A DNA stretch of 29,709 nucleotides from the NCBI GenBank assembly GCA_963771885.1, contig CAVYVF010000017.1:1-29709 (forward strand), written 5' to 3'. The notes below the pieces were generated by a model, which was not told the DNA's origin, ran no database searches, and saw nothing but the letters and a program-made list of their open reading frames with translations. Within the stretch, counting starts at the first letter, position 1, and every line of letters starts with the position of its first letter. The DNA is from Candidatus Bathyarchaeota archaeon. Lineage in GTDB: Archaea; Thermoproteota; Bathyarchaeia; TCS64. Both the position numbers and the translations under genes were made by a program. This document shows positions 1 through 9,536 of the stretch, in pieces.

Positions 1-1609
1 GACTATCCGGGAAAACGACGACTCTCGAAGCTATCATTTATCGTACAAATAAACGTGCTATAGCATTTAAAACGAAGAGAGGAGAATCAGGGTTCAAAAA
101 CTACCGAGAGATACAACCATTTTTCGAAGAACGCGCAGACTGGCAGTACGTTTCTACATTACTTGAGGCGGTAATGCGAGAAAAAATGAGGTTCGAGAGG
201 CCCTGGATCATGAAGGCAACCCACGGAACCAAGAGCCTAAGTGAGGTTCTGGTGAATGTCCAAGATCTCCGAGCTGAGGCAACGAGAGAGCTTCCTGAAA
301 ATATTTACACAGCACTAGAGGGGTACCTCAAGATAGTGGTTCCTCAGATTGAAACTCATAAATTCAGTAAAACTCTTGACCTAATTGACGGCATCAACGT
401 GATGGATCTCACGAACATGACGGTGGAACTCCAGGCCCTAGTCATCCAGAGCACAATGCAGTATGTAATCACCAACCTCCGATGATACTATTCTCATTGT
501 ACCTGAAGCGTGGGAGCATATACCCCAAGGAAGAAACACGCCGGTAAAACTCTACGCTGAGACCTTCATAAGAAAAGGCGCTGCAATAGGTAATTACCTC
601 TTCATTGATAGCCAAGATATCGCAGGAATAGATAAGACACCTCTACGTCAGTGCAACAACTGGATTCTCGGGAGGCAGAGAGAGGGGCATGAGGTGGAGA
701 GGGTTAGAGAGCAGATTGGGAGAACCAAGATCGACGCGGAAGAGATCAGGTCTCTGCCTCTCGGCCACTTCATAGCCATCCTGGGGGATGATGTCAGAAA
801 AGTCTATGTTCTCCCTGCAGGGGTCCCCCCGAGATTGGGCGTAAGGTTGCACTGGGTGAGATGTCTGTAAATGAAGTTGGAAAATACGTTAACATTCAAA
901 TGGAGGGTACCAAAAATGTTGAAACGAGTTTACGAGAAGAGCTCCCAGATCCGACATCGGAAAAAGTGGCACACCGTATAGAGGAATTGGATAAGAAACT
1001 CGCTCACAAGGATAACGAAATTCGACACTCCGTACCGAGATAGATGGCCTCCGGAAAGAGCTTACTGCAAGTACAGCAAAGCTTGAACAGATAATTATTC
1101 AGCAGAAAACCTCTGAACCAAAAGCTACTCATTCCAATCTCCCCAGATAATTCCCGGCGTAACAGTTAACGATATCAATCAATTGATTGATAAACGAATA
1201 CAGCAGATAATTGCATTCGATAAACCTACTGTCTTCACACAGGTCGATGTATCAGGGAAGATTTAAAGAGATAATAAAAGAGCGATTCATCCGTGAAGTT
1301 GCATTCAGGATGCGATCGATCCTCCCAAATACAATCCACACAGCCATGGTAATTCACGAACATAAAACCATAAAGAGAGGAGATCTCTTCAGCTTCCTCT
1401 ATGGAGGAAATAGAAGAATCAATGACGATTTCTATTCCGAAATACAGAGACTTGAGGACCTCCGCCTCGTAGACTACAACAAAGAGACAGGTGTTATACA
1501 TTGGGCATTAGGAGAGTATTTGAAAAGGGAACTTGGAAATATATATGATGAGAAAACTATTCAACAAGCGGAAGACTACATAGCTAGCTTACTTCTACCG
1601 ACGAGTTAA
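1..1609 (+). CDS. HerA/FtsK-like (DUF87-type) P-loop ATPase with coiled-coil and C-terminal putative wHTH region; 5'-truncated by the window and split by about 5 frameshifts
   Basis: Manual translation. Frame 3 from nt 3 gives LSGKTTTLEAII (Walker A) and continues through ORF 174..485. Frame 1 from 481 gives DDTILIVPEAWEHIPQG...FIRKGAAIGNYLFIDSQDIAG...LRQCNNWILGRQ...IRSLPLGHFI (Walker B-like, 'SQ' motif and 'L..G.F' typical of HerA/VirB4-like ATPases). It then shifts at the C6 run (825-830) into ORF 861..1043 (coiled-coil-like) and onward to ORF 1211..1609. Confidence 0.75.
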
Positions 1610-1664
1610 CCCCAAATAAGATAATGCTATAGCTAACGTATACAGAATAAAAATAGATAGAAGA

Positions 1665-1865
1665 ATGGAAACCCTAGAACAGGTAACTAAATGTCAACTC
1701 TGCGGAAAAAGTGACGAAAACCTAAGCCTCTACGGAGCCAACCATAAAGATCTAGGATGGGTTGATGTATGTAGAGACTGCTGGACAAAGCTCTACCATA
1801 AAAACCGTCTGGTTTCCGGTTCTAGCGGTAAAAGTTGTAACGCTTGTAGTAACTGCCCATTCTAA
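1665..1865 (+). CDS. small Cys-rich putative zinc-binding protein
   Basis: 66 aa with CQLC, CRDC and C-terminal CNACSNC; ATG start after an AT-rich spacer. Confidence 0.65.
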   Translation: METLEQVTKCQLCGKSDENLSLYGANHKDLGWVDVCRDCWTKLYHKNRLVSGSSGKSCNACSNCPF

Positions 1866-1866
1866 A

Positions 1867-2043
1867 ATGGTAATGACCACAATCCAGAAATCCTTAACAC
1901 TTTGTAATGAAAATGTCTGGTATATGAAGGAGGTTGTAGGTTATAATTGTAAGGCGCTTTCACCTTTCGATCAGGAGAATCGTCAAAAAGAACTTGAGGC
2001 AGGGTTGAAGCGACTCTACGAGAAATATAAGGTTAAGGCATAA
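1867..2043 (+). CDS. small hypothetical protein (58 aa)
   Basis: ATG at 1867 lies 1 nt after the previous stop, in the frame of track ORF 1762..2043; charged helical C-terminus. Confidence 0.45.
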   Translation: MVMTTIQKSLTLCNENVWYMKEVVGYNCKALSPFDQENRQKELEAGLKRLYEKYKVKA

Positions 2044-2148
2044 AATCCGTTTTCTTCCCCCGTATCTTTGTTGATCAGTGCACATGTTATCCTTAGAGTT
2101 CAAAAGTAAAATGTCTAAATATATTAAAAAAATCGTGCTGATAAAATT

Positions 2149-2774
2149 TTAATTAATTAACTTCTTTTTTCTAGCTATGAAAAGTGAGGCAGTAAAAATT
2201 CCTGATAACACAAAAACTCCATACCCATACCCTTCATAAATTTTATTCGGATATTGAACATCATCAATAAACTTGATTATTTTAACCATCTGAACTGTTT
2301 CGAGCATAATTGAAACATCGGCATTAACTTTATTGAGATACACCACGTCAACGCTAGGTCGATATCGACTAACTTCAACAGAATATTTTCCTTCAGAAGG
2401 AATAGTTACCCTTAGATCAACGGTTTTAACATTATCCTGAGAATCAACGATGTATCCATCATGAGAATCAACGATGAATCCAGTGGTACTATTAACGGTT
2501 ACTGATAATGTTCCTTCAGAGATCGATGAATGAATACTAATTACATCTCCTTTAACTAAACCTAGATTCTGAAAATAAAAAACCCCTGTTGAAGATAGTT
2601 GAGTTCTACAAGTGTCGTAGAGACTTTTTGATTAACATAGGCTTCATAAGGTATTTTAACCGTAACAGACTGCTGAGATAATACTGATAACCCAATTCCT
2701 ATGAAAAACATTATTATGCATAGAAGAATTAGTTTGTCAAAATTCTCATCAAGAAATCCTGACATATACTTCAT
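2149..2774 (-). CDS. membrane-anchored hypothetical protein (N- and C-terminal TM helices around a beta-rich domain); one frameshift near 2570-2585
   Basis: ORFs 2562..2774 and 2149..2346 are joined by an open frame (QNLGLVKGDVISIHSSISEGTLSVTVNSTTGFIVDS...EGKYSVEVSR); both ends are hydrophobic. Confidence 0.65.
2438..2482. repeat. in-frame tandem duplication with a 24-bp period
   Basis: TGAGAATCAACGATGTATCCA (2438-2458) and TGAGAATCAACGATGAATCCA (2462-2482) match at 20/21; the minus strand encodes GFIVDSHD-GYIVDSQD. Confidence 0.85.
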
Positions 2775-2847
2775 AATTTAAGATAGTGTACGCTTGAAAA
2801 CCTTTCTTATATATAATGGTTAATAAATATCCCTCATATACGCCTTG

Positions 2848-3690
2848 TTAGAGGTCGATCCCCATCGTGATCAGGCTGCTGGACGTGACCTTAAAGCCGA
2901 ATCGCGTGATCGCTTCTTGGATATCAGATGCATCCGGTGGGTAGATGATGTTGAGGCGCTCCACCTTCCGCTCCTGCCCCAGCTTAACTGCGAAGCGTAG
3001 ACAAGACTCGTAATCACCGCTCATCACCGGGATGTTGAGGGCCTGCCAGGGCATCATACGTGCACCAAGGACTATGAAGCTGCTCGTTACGGGGTCCTCG
3101 TAGACCATTCCCTCTTTAGCGAGCCACCTGCAGTTTCCCTCGTTGATCCTGTACCAAGTTCTGTTGAGAGACATGAATCCTTTCCACTTGCTTTCATGGA
3201 CTCCACAAACGCCACAGCACGCTCAGCGTCCTCCACGACGCGGAACGCTGGTGTGTTCTTCGCAACGGAGACTTCCTTTAGGGGCATCTGGCCTTCCGCG
3301 TAGGTGCCCCTTACACGAAGCCCGTAGCGCTCTGCGAGGCCTTTGCTCTTCACGTTGGTGATACCAGTATACATCGCCATATACTTCACATTCTGCTCCG
3401 CGGCGCGCTTAACCCAGTGATTGTAGAGGATCTTCCCGCCTCCAATCCCCTGCTTGGGGGGAGTGACGCGTAGACGTCTCCAGCCACGCCGAGCCATCGG
3501 GTAGCCGCGAGTATTTGCCAACTCCTATGATCTCGCCTTCGTACTCGACGACACTCAGGTCGCCGACTGTCTCCTTTAGCCATTCATCGTAGACGTATGT
3601 CAGATATCCCATGCCGGGGATCGCTGCCAGCTCAACCTCTACGGCTTTGGCTTTGTCTTCTGGTCTTGCTTTTCTTAGGTGAAGAGCCAA
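2848..3690 (-). CDS. GNAT family N-acetyltransferase, frameshifted into 3 pieces
   Basis: Pieces 3409..3690 (LRKARPEDK...EGEIIGVGKYSRLPDGSAWLE), 3087..3521 (LRVTPPKQGIGGGK motif A; TNVKSKGLAERYG) and 2848..3174. Confidence 0.8.
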
Positions 3691-3844
3691 TATTATTAAC
3701 TCCTTTTTCAGGTAAGTTGAATACCTCTGTCACTAACTAAAGAAGCTATCCCGAAGGAGATCAGCTTGCACTCGAGTAATATATCTTTAAACTGTCAGGC
3801 ATTTGTATTTATTTTCTTAACAAATCGGACGATCATATGTATGC

Positions 3845-4282
3845 CTAACGGAGCAGGGGTAGATTTCCCACAAGTTTATTAACAGATTTCTTCACGCCGT
3901 AAAGTGCCACACCTAGATATCTCAACTCACCAGCAGGCGTCGCCGCAAGCTTATCGGTGTAGTCTTCGTACCTTACTTCTCTCTGCGCTGTCTCGGTGAA
4001 GTCGACGACGAGGAGTCCTCCAATCTTCATAGCTTTCTCCTTGATCGCCTTGATGGTATCAGCGTCAGCAGATAGTATGGGGAGTGGTATGTTGAGTATG
4101 CCGGCGTGTATCTCTCCTGAAGCGTCAACAGCGTCTGTCCCAATTATCTTTTCCAACCTTTTTTCGAGGGTGGCTCCTAGGAGCCCAGCGGTGTTCACCT
4201 TAAGCCCAAGTGGGAGCCCCGAGTCGATGACCATAACGCACTTCGTTGACTCGTCAGTGACCCCGTTCGAGATGACATCCAT
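3845..4282 (-). CDS. DUF2000 family protein (PTH2-like fold)
   Basis: KCVMVIDSGLPLGLKVNTAGLLG...DASGEIHAG...P.PIL...YLGVALYG.K..VNKLVGNLPLLR signature recognised from family knowledge. Confidence 0.85.
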   Translation of the reverse strand: MDVISNGVTDESTKCVMVIDSGLPLGLKVNTAGLLGATLEKRLEKIIGTDAVDASGEIHAGILNIPLPILSADADTIKAIKEKAMKIGGLLVVDFTETAQREVRYEDYTDKLAATPAGELRYLGVALYGVKKSVNKLVGNLPLLR

Positions 4283-4411
4283 GCTGTCGAAGAGGTATAG
4301 ATAATTAATTTATAGTTATTGTAAATTTTATCACAGCGTGCACGGAAAAGTTATGGCCGAACTTAAAGTAGATTTGTGTATTGGTTAACCGAAGTGCTTT
4401 AAGGCAAACCT

Positions 4412-4986
4412 ATGAAGACCGTGGAAAGAAAGTCACTTATCGGTGAAAGAGTCTATCTCAGACCTTTCGTCAAAGATGACCTGCCTTACATTCAAAAGTG
4501 GTCTAATGACGCTGAACTTAGAAGACTGATCAGGTGAAGTTGCACCGATGAGTCGAGAGGACACAGAAAAATGGTATAGAGAAATGCTGGCTGATGAGGA
4601 TCGGGTTTGGTTTGCGATTGTTCTAAAGAGGAGTGACCGAGTGATAGGAGAGGCTGGGTTATTGAGAATGTTCAGACCTTGGCGAAGTACGAACATGACC
4701 ATAATAATCGGGGAGAAAAATGAATGGGGAAAAGGATACGGAACTGAGGTAGGTCATCTACTTCTTCACTTAGCTTTTGGACAACTAGGGTTTCACAGAG
4801 TCTCGATAGGTATGGTTGGTTTCAACATGAGGGCGCTGAGACTTTTGGGAAAGTCTAGGATTCAAGAAGGAAGGTGTCGAGAGGGATGCGCATTTCTACG
4901 ACGACGAATACAGCGACAGCATAATGATGAGCATTCTTGAGAACGAATTCAAAAAAGCACAGAAGATACATGATAACATAATTTGA
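4412..4986 (+). CDS. RimJ/RimL-type GNAT acetyltransferase, two frameshifts
   Basis: ATG 4412 gives MKTVERKSLIGERVYLRPFVKDDL; ORF 4548..4940 gives IIIGEKNEWGKGYGTE...FNMRALR; a shifted frame gives WESLGFKKEGVERDAHFYDDEYSDSIMMSILENEF to TGA 4984-4986. Confidence 0.85.
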
Positions 4987-5128
4987 TGCAACTATGCTCG
5001 ATTTGTTTTATGATTGATGTTTTAAATACGTACATACGTTATAAGAGAACGTACAGACCGATCTGTGCGCATATGCTGACTCATAAGTGCAGCACTCTGT
5101 TGGTACGATCAGATGGTGAAAAAAAGAC

Positions 5129-6070
5129 ATGCAAATCAAAGATCTTCGACGCTACATCAAACTAACCGAAAATTTGGTTATACCTGCTAAAGTCGCATCC
5201 ATTACCCAGGGTAGCGCAATGCTCCGCAAGCTGCCGCTTAGACTACAACGGTACATAGTCAATAGAGGAGCTCGTACCAACCCGTACATGAGCTTCGTCG
5301 TAGAGCCATACAGTGTATTCCTCGCCTTTGAAATCACCGATACTGAAGCAGCCGAGAAGATATTACCACCGAACTATAGCTTAAAACCTTCAGCAATGTT
5401 CAATGATACCTCTAAGCGTCCATGTGCGATCATTAGTGCTTTCAACGTCCACACAAGCGTGTTTTGGGGGAGTCGCATCGAGTTCTACCTGATCGCTGAA
5501 AACCAAAAGACCGGACTTCTCTCTTGGATTATCACAAAGTATGAGAGCAACACGCACAGCTATGATCCGAGTAAGGGCTTTATCGGCCCAAGCACATCGC
5601 ATTCGGTAGTAACAACGTCTTATCTCGGAGAGATCATCGTTGATATCGCGAGTGCAAAGTCCAATAACCGCCTCACCCTAACCGCTGACCTGAAGAACAG
5701 TGTTCTCACGCTACTCGATAAGCGCCTATGGGTCGAAGGAAATCTTTCGGTCGATTACGGAGGTGAACTGCAGCAAAGTACTAAACCTTTCAGTTTGGTG
5801 TTCGATCCAAAGGAGATGGAGCAGGCGCTGAAGCTTCAGCTCAACAAGATCTCATTATGCACCAACACATTCGGTGCTAACATATTGAACCCAATGCCAT
5901 TCGAGGTTGCATGCTTCCCATATGCGCAGCACTTCGTCACAACAAGCGTCCCGACAGCCACCTCGATGCGGACAGCCGAGGATCTCGAGCAGGCAGTGAA
6001 TACTATCAACGAAAAGATGAATGCCCCTCAGGATAATGCCTGTAAATGGGTGAATGATGATGGATCGTAA
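5129..6070 (+). CDS. hypothetical protein, possibly acetoacetate-decarboxylase-like beta fold
   Basis: Intact 313-aa ORF. The 'AEKILPPNYSL.P' segment followed by 'GSRIEFYLIAE' resembles ADC-like proteins; the fold call is inference. Confidence 0.6.
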   Translation: MQIKDLRRYIKLTENLVIPAKVASITQGSAMLRKLPLRLQRYIVNRGARTNPYMSFVVEPYSVFLAFEITDTEAAEKILPPNYSLKPSAMFNDTSKRPCAIISAFNVHTSVFWGSRIEFYLIAENQKTGLLSWIITKYESNTHSYDPSKGFIGPSTSHSVVTTSYLGEIIVDIASAKSNNRLTLTADLKNSVLTLLDKRLWVEGNLSVDYGGELQQSTKPFSLVFDPKEMEQALKLQLNKISLCTNTFGANILNPMPFEVACFPYAQHFVTTSVPTATSMRTAEDLEQAVNTINEKMNAPQDNACKWVNDDGS

Positions 6071-6241
6071 GAGCGTCTTACTCTAACGCTTCACGACTTG
6101 GAAACTGGTTTGACCGAAAATGCGTCTGCATTCGTTTTTATCGTTTCTACCCTGTTTTTGAGTTTTAATTCTAAAATTATAGAATATTTGCACAATATAA
6201 AAAAAGTCTATAAGTTAGTCGACTATGTTAAAATGGCTTTA

Positions 6242-6388
6242 ATGAAGAAAGATCCTATCTGTGGTAAGATGGTAGATGAAAAGAAGACGAAATGGAAAAG
6301 CGATCATAAAGGTAAAAAATACTATTTTTGCTGCGAAAAGCACAAATTAACATTTGATGAGAATCCGAAACGATTTGCAGCTCCATAA
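6242..6388 (+). CDS. YHS domain protein
   Basis: MKKDPICGKMVD...HKGKKYYFCCEKHKLTFDENPKRF; true start is ATG 6242 (or 6233), not the track start 6098. Confidence 0.9.
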   Translation: MKKDPICGKMVDEKKTKWKSDHKGKKYYFCCEKHKLTFDENPKRFAAP

Positions 6389-6520
6389 TTTACCCTCCAA
6401 CCTAACTAATTACACCTACGACAGCCTTACACATACTCAACTACTCTACCTTTTACTCTCTTATCCACACCACTCCGTAAAAGTCTCAATAAAACAAATA
6501 TATGAACACGCGAGCGAACG

Positions 6521-7016
6521 CTAAAATCTTCGATTTGATAACTTGACTATTTTATGTGCCTTTGAGGGCTCTCTCAATTCAAATAAACTCACTCCTACGC
6601 CATGGCAGGTCACCCATTGATTCGGAGTTAACCTAATCCACACATTCTCATCATCAAAGTTTTCTGGTAGATCGAAGTGTAGAACCTTCCTATACAACTC
6701 AGAGGCCTCTACATCGTTGAAATTCAAAATCTCCGCCATCGCTCTGAAGCTAATTGCAGCGGGAGGTGCGAACGATATCAATCTATGAAGGTAGTTCAGG
6801 TAAAATGGAATTGTTACATTGACTCTGCTGTTATTAGCTATGTTTCTTATCTTGGACGTGTTTCGTCCCATCAGAATAGATAAAGTAGCTATCACTTGCG
6901 TAGACCACGATACTGCTCTATGGTAAACCTTTTCCCGAGATTGTCGATAATGTGAGCCATCTGTTTTTCCTTAAGATATTTCTAACTTCCTTCTCCAGGT
7001 TAATCTGAAGATCCAT
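6521..7016 (-). pseudogene. pyridoxamine 5'-phosphate oxidase-like (FMN-binding split barrel) gene with an in-frame TAG and a frameshift
   Basis: From ATG 7016: MDLQINLEKEVRNILRKNRWLTLSTISGKGLP*SSIVVYASD with TAG at 6918-6920, then a shift into ORF 6521..6895 (TSKIRNIANNSRVNVTIP). Confidence 0.7.
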
Positions 7017-7598
7017 AATTTAGCAGAATAATTACTGAGGATATAACATACGCGTTCCTATTTTAAACGTTCCCACCAGCCCCGCGTCCGGGCAGCACAC
7101 CACTAGTTATGCATACAATCAAATTCTTTCTTAACCAAACTCCTGCTTTCTCTCCGTCAACCCTCTGTTCTAACTCCACGTGAGGGAGATTTATTAAATT
7201 AAAGTGCATTTGAAAGACAAGAGTTTCCAGCTAACATAAAAAAAGTGTAAATTGATCGCCGCGCGCAGCGACTGTAATTATCCTATTACTATGGTTTCTT
7301 TTCTGGATGCGCCTTTGCTATATGAGTATCTCTCTGCTTAGCACTTGGAAAGGATTCCCCACACACTTTGCATTTACATGGCATAATTGATCCAAAAATA
7401 TAGGTATTCAACCTTTATTTATCTTTTAGTACATGATGTTCGCGACGATTTACAATTGCACTTTTACCTGCATCTAGTAGATATGAGGATAAAGCATTCA
7501 AATGAATGTAGACTCAATAATTTTTTTGTTACTTTGTATATTCTTGCCTGCGCATGTTTTATTTATTCTTATGCAAGTGTAATTAGAGGTAAAGACTC

Positions 7599-8324
7599 TT
7601 GTCTGGATTTGGTGAGCGTGCAATTGCTCATGAGATTAATAATTTAGCTGATGAGGATGCACGAATGAGTGCAATCCGTACACTGAAAGCGTTTGGTAAA
7701 GCGGCTATCCCACAACTCATTGATGTTCTTGGAGACCCAAGTCGGAATGCTTACGCAGTGATAATATTAAGTGAAATGGGTGAACCGGCAATACCTGCTT
7801 TACTAAATGCTCTAAGCGATGAATCTAAAAAGACCTTTGCATCTACAGCTTTAAACGAGATAGGGAAGAAGAAAAACAATACTATTAAAATAATCATCCC
7901 AGGTTTAATAGATACCTTAACTAACAAAATCCCACAAACTCGCGCAATCGCGGGTGTCACTTTACTAAATTTTGGAGCTCCTACATTAGAACATTATATC
8001 CCTAACCTAATAGACCTGTTAGGAAGCGTTGATGCTAGTCCATTTGCTGCTAATGTGCTTATCGGAATTGGTCAACCCGTAGTTGAGCCTCTTATGAATG
8101 TTGTTTCCGATGAGAGCAAGCAAGAAATGGTAAACGCTATACTCCAAGAAATATCGAAAAAATATCCAACAGTAAAAATACCAATAAAAACCACAGAAAA
8201 GTCCACAAATGCCCCCACTCCAACTCTTAATCAGGTCCATAAACCAAAATTCTGTAAATATTGTGGCGACTCCTTAGCTGCAAACAGCATCTACTGTTCA
8301 CAATGTGGAAAAAAGGTAGAGTAA
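7599..8324 (+). CDS. HEAT/PBS-repeat protein with C-terminal zinc ribbon
   Basis: Repeated 'G..AIP.LI..L.D' units; C-terminal FCKYCG...YCSQCG. Confidence 0.85.
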   Translation: MSGFGERAIAHEINNLADEDARMSAIRTLKAFGKAAIPQLIDVLGDPSRNAYAVIILSEMGEPAIPALLNALSDESKKTFASTALNEIGKKKNNTIKIIIPGLIDTLTNKIPQTRAIAGVTLLNFGAPTLEHYIPNLIDLLGSVDASPFAANVLIGIGQPVVEPLMNVVSDESKQEMVNAILQEISKKYPTVKIPIKTTEKSTNAPTPTLNQVHKPKFCKYCGDSLAANSIYCSQCGKKVE

Positions 8325-8402
8325 TTTAACTCACGACTCGAATCTAAAAATTACTAGATCATATATACAAGTGTTAACGAAAATTTATGGAAATATTTGG
8401 AG

Positions 8403-8843
8403 TTATTTCTCTAATAAATCCTTAAGCTCTTTGAGGCCTTCAATAAACTCACTTTCAAGCGCTTCCTGAATCAACAACTTATCCATCAGCTTGCCAAGAA
8501 AAGAATGAGGGATCTCATAATCCATAGCTATAGAAAATCTGGTTCCTAAGTCAATTGGAGTTAAAACCATTGAGCCAAACCCTGTGAAAGGTCCCCCAAT
8601 CGTTCTCCAAGCATACATTTTGTTTTCTACCCAATCGGTTGTTTCGCCATCCCATTCAATCTTTACAATTTCGTAGAGTTCGCTAGTCATATGGTGAGTT
8701 GCACCAATTTTATCGTCTTCTTTGGAGGTCAACTCAACTTTCTTGAACAAATCAAACCACTCGGGGAGTTTCGCATGAGCAATCATTATCCATACTTTTT
8801 CAGGAGAAGCTTTGATATCGATTGATTCTTCTATTCTCGTCAT
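8403..8843 (-). CDS. SRPBCC/START (polyketide cyclase-like) family protein
   Basis: MTRIEESIDIKASPEKVW...LPEW...GTRFSIAMDY...L..LK.LLE pattern. Confidence 0.9.
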   Translation of the reverse strand: MTRIEESIDIKASPEKVWIMIAHAKLPEWFDLFKKVELTSKEDDKIGATHHMTSELYEIVKIEWDGETTDWVENKMYAWRTIGGPFTGFGSMVLTPIDLGTRFSIAMDYEIPHSFLGKLMDKLLIQEALESEFIEGLKELKDLLEK

Positions 8844-9191
8844 CGAATCACGTTTGGCGTTAAAGCCATGTTGTATATAAAATATTATAGATCGAGTTTA
8901 CTAGTTAATTCAGATTGAAAGCACACCAAAATGAACATGATATGCATAGCCTATCTGACACTTAGAAAATTGGTATACCCGTCATTATCAGGATTTTTCA
9001 CAAAGTTGACTCTCTCATGGTCACCCATCAGATTCGTGATCCATCTAGCTGAAGTACTCAATTATTAGCTAAAACCTCGCTCACGAGAGTGCCTCTGTTG
9101 ATCTAACCCTTTTCTCAAATGGATTCATCAGGAAGAATCGACGATGATTCTTTCAGAATAACAGTTATCTTTACGTCAAAGCTCATAATGT

Positions 9192-9527
9192 TTGAATAAC
9201 ATGACCAAGAAAGAGAACATTGATGAGAGGTTAACGAAATGGAACGAGATTTTCCACGATCTTACCCTAGATTCCCGGGATCTAATAAAAGACATCAAGG
9301 ACATGATTAACTACATAGCTTTCAGCGCCATGTTAATGGTGACGATAGGGGTAGCTGCAATACTGATCGCATTTCTACGCCAACTAGAAACTAGATACCT
9401 AGCAGCAAGCCTCATAATCTTCAGCATAATGGTTGGCAATGCCTCGCTGCTAATCAGGAAGTGGTTAAAGCTACGTGCCCGGTACGATAAATTAAGTGCA
9501 TTACAAAGTAAAATAGACTCAGGTTAG
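9192..9527 (+). CDS. two-TM membrane protein
   Basis: 111-aa ORF with two hydrophobic helices flanked by helical soluble segments. Confidence 0.7.
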   Translation: MNNMTKKENIDERLTKWNEIFHDLTLDSRDLIKDIKDMINYIAFSAMLMVTIGVAAILIAFLRQLETRYLAASLIIFSIMVGNASLLIRKWLKLRARYDKLSALQSKIDSG

Positions 9528-9536
9528 GGATCAACG

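Noticed and set aside
643..852. Minus-strand 69-aa ORF
   Set aside because: Antisense shadow of the ATPase core encoded in + frame 1 (481-830).
6918..6920. Pyrrolysine/amber readthrough in the PNPOx-like gene
   Set aside because: The gene also has a frameshift, TAG is a normal stop elsewhere in the window, and no pyl genes are in view; a CAG-to-TAG change is simpler.
7387..7647. 86-aa ORF upstream of the HEAT gene
   Set aside because: AT-rich, no recognisable motif, and overlaps the HEAT gene start; likely spurious.
8900..9190. Possible gene fragment or ncRNA in the long spacer
   Set aside because: Only short stop-interrupted frames and no convincing structure.
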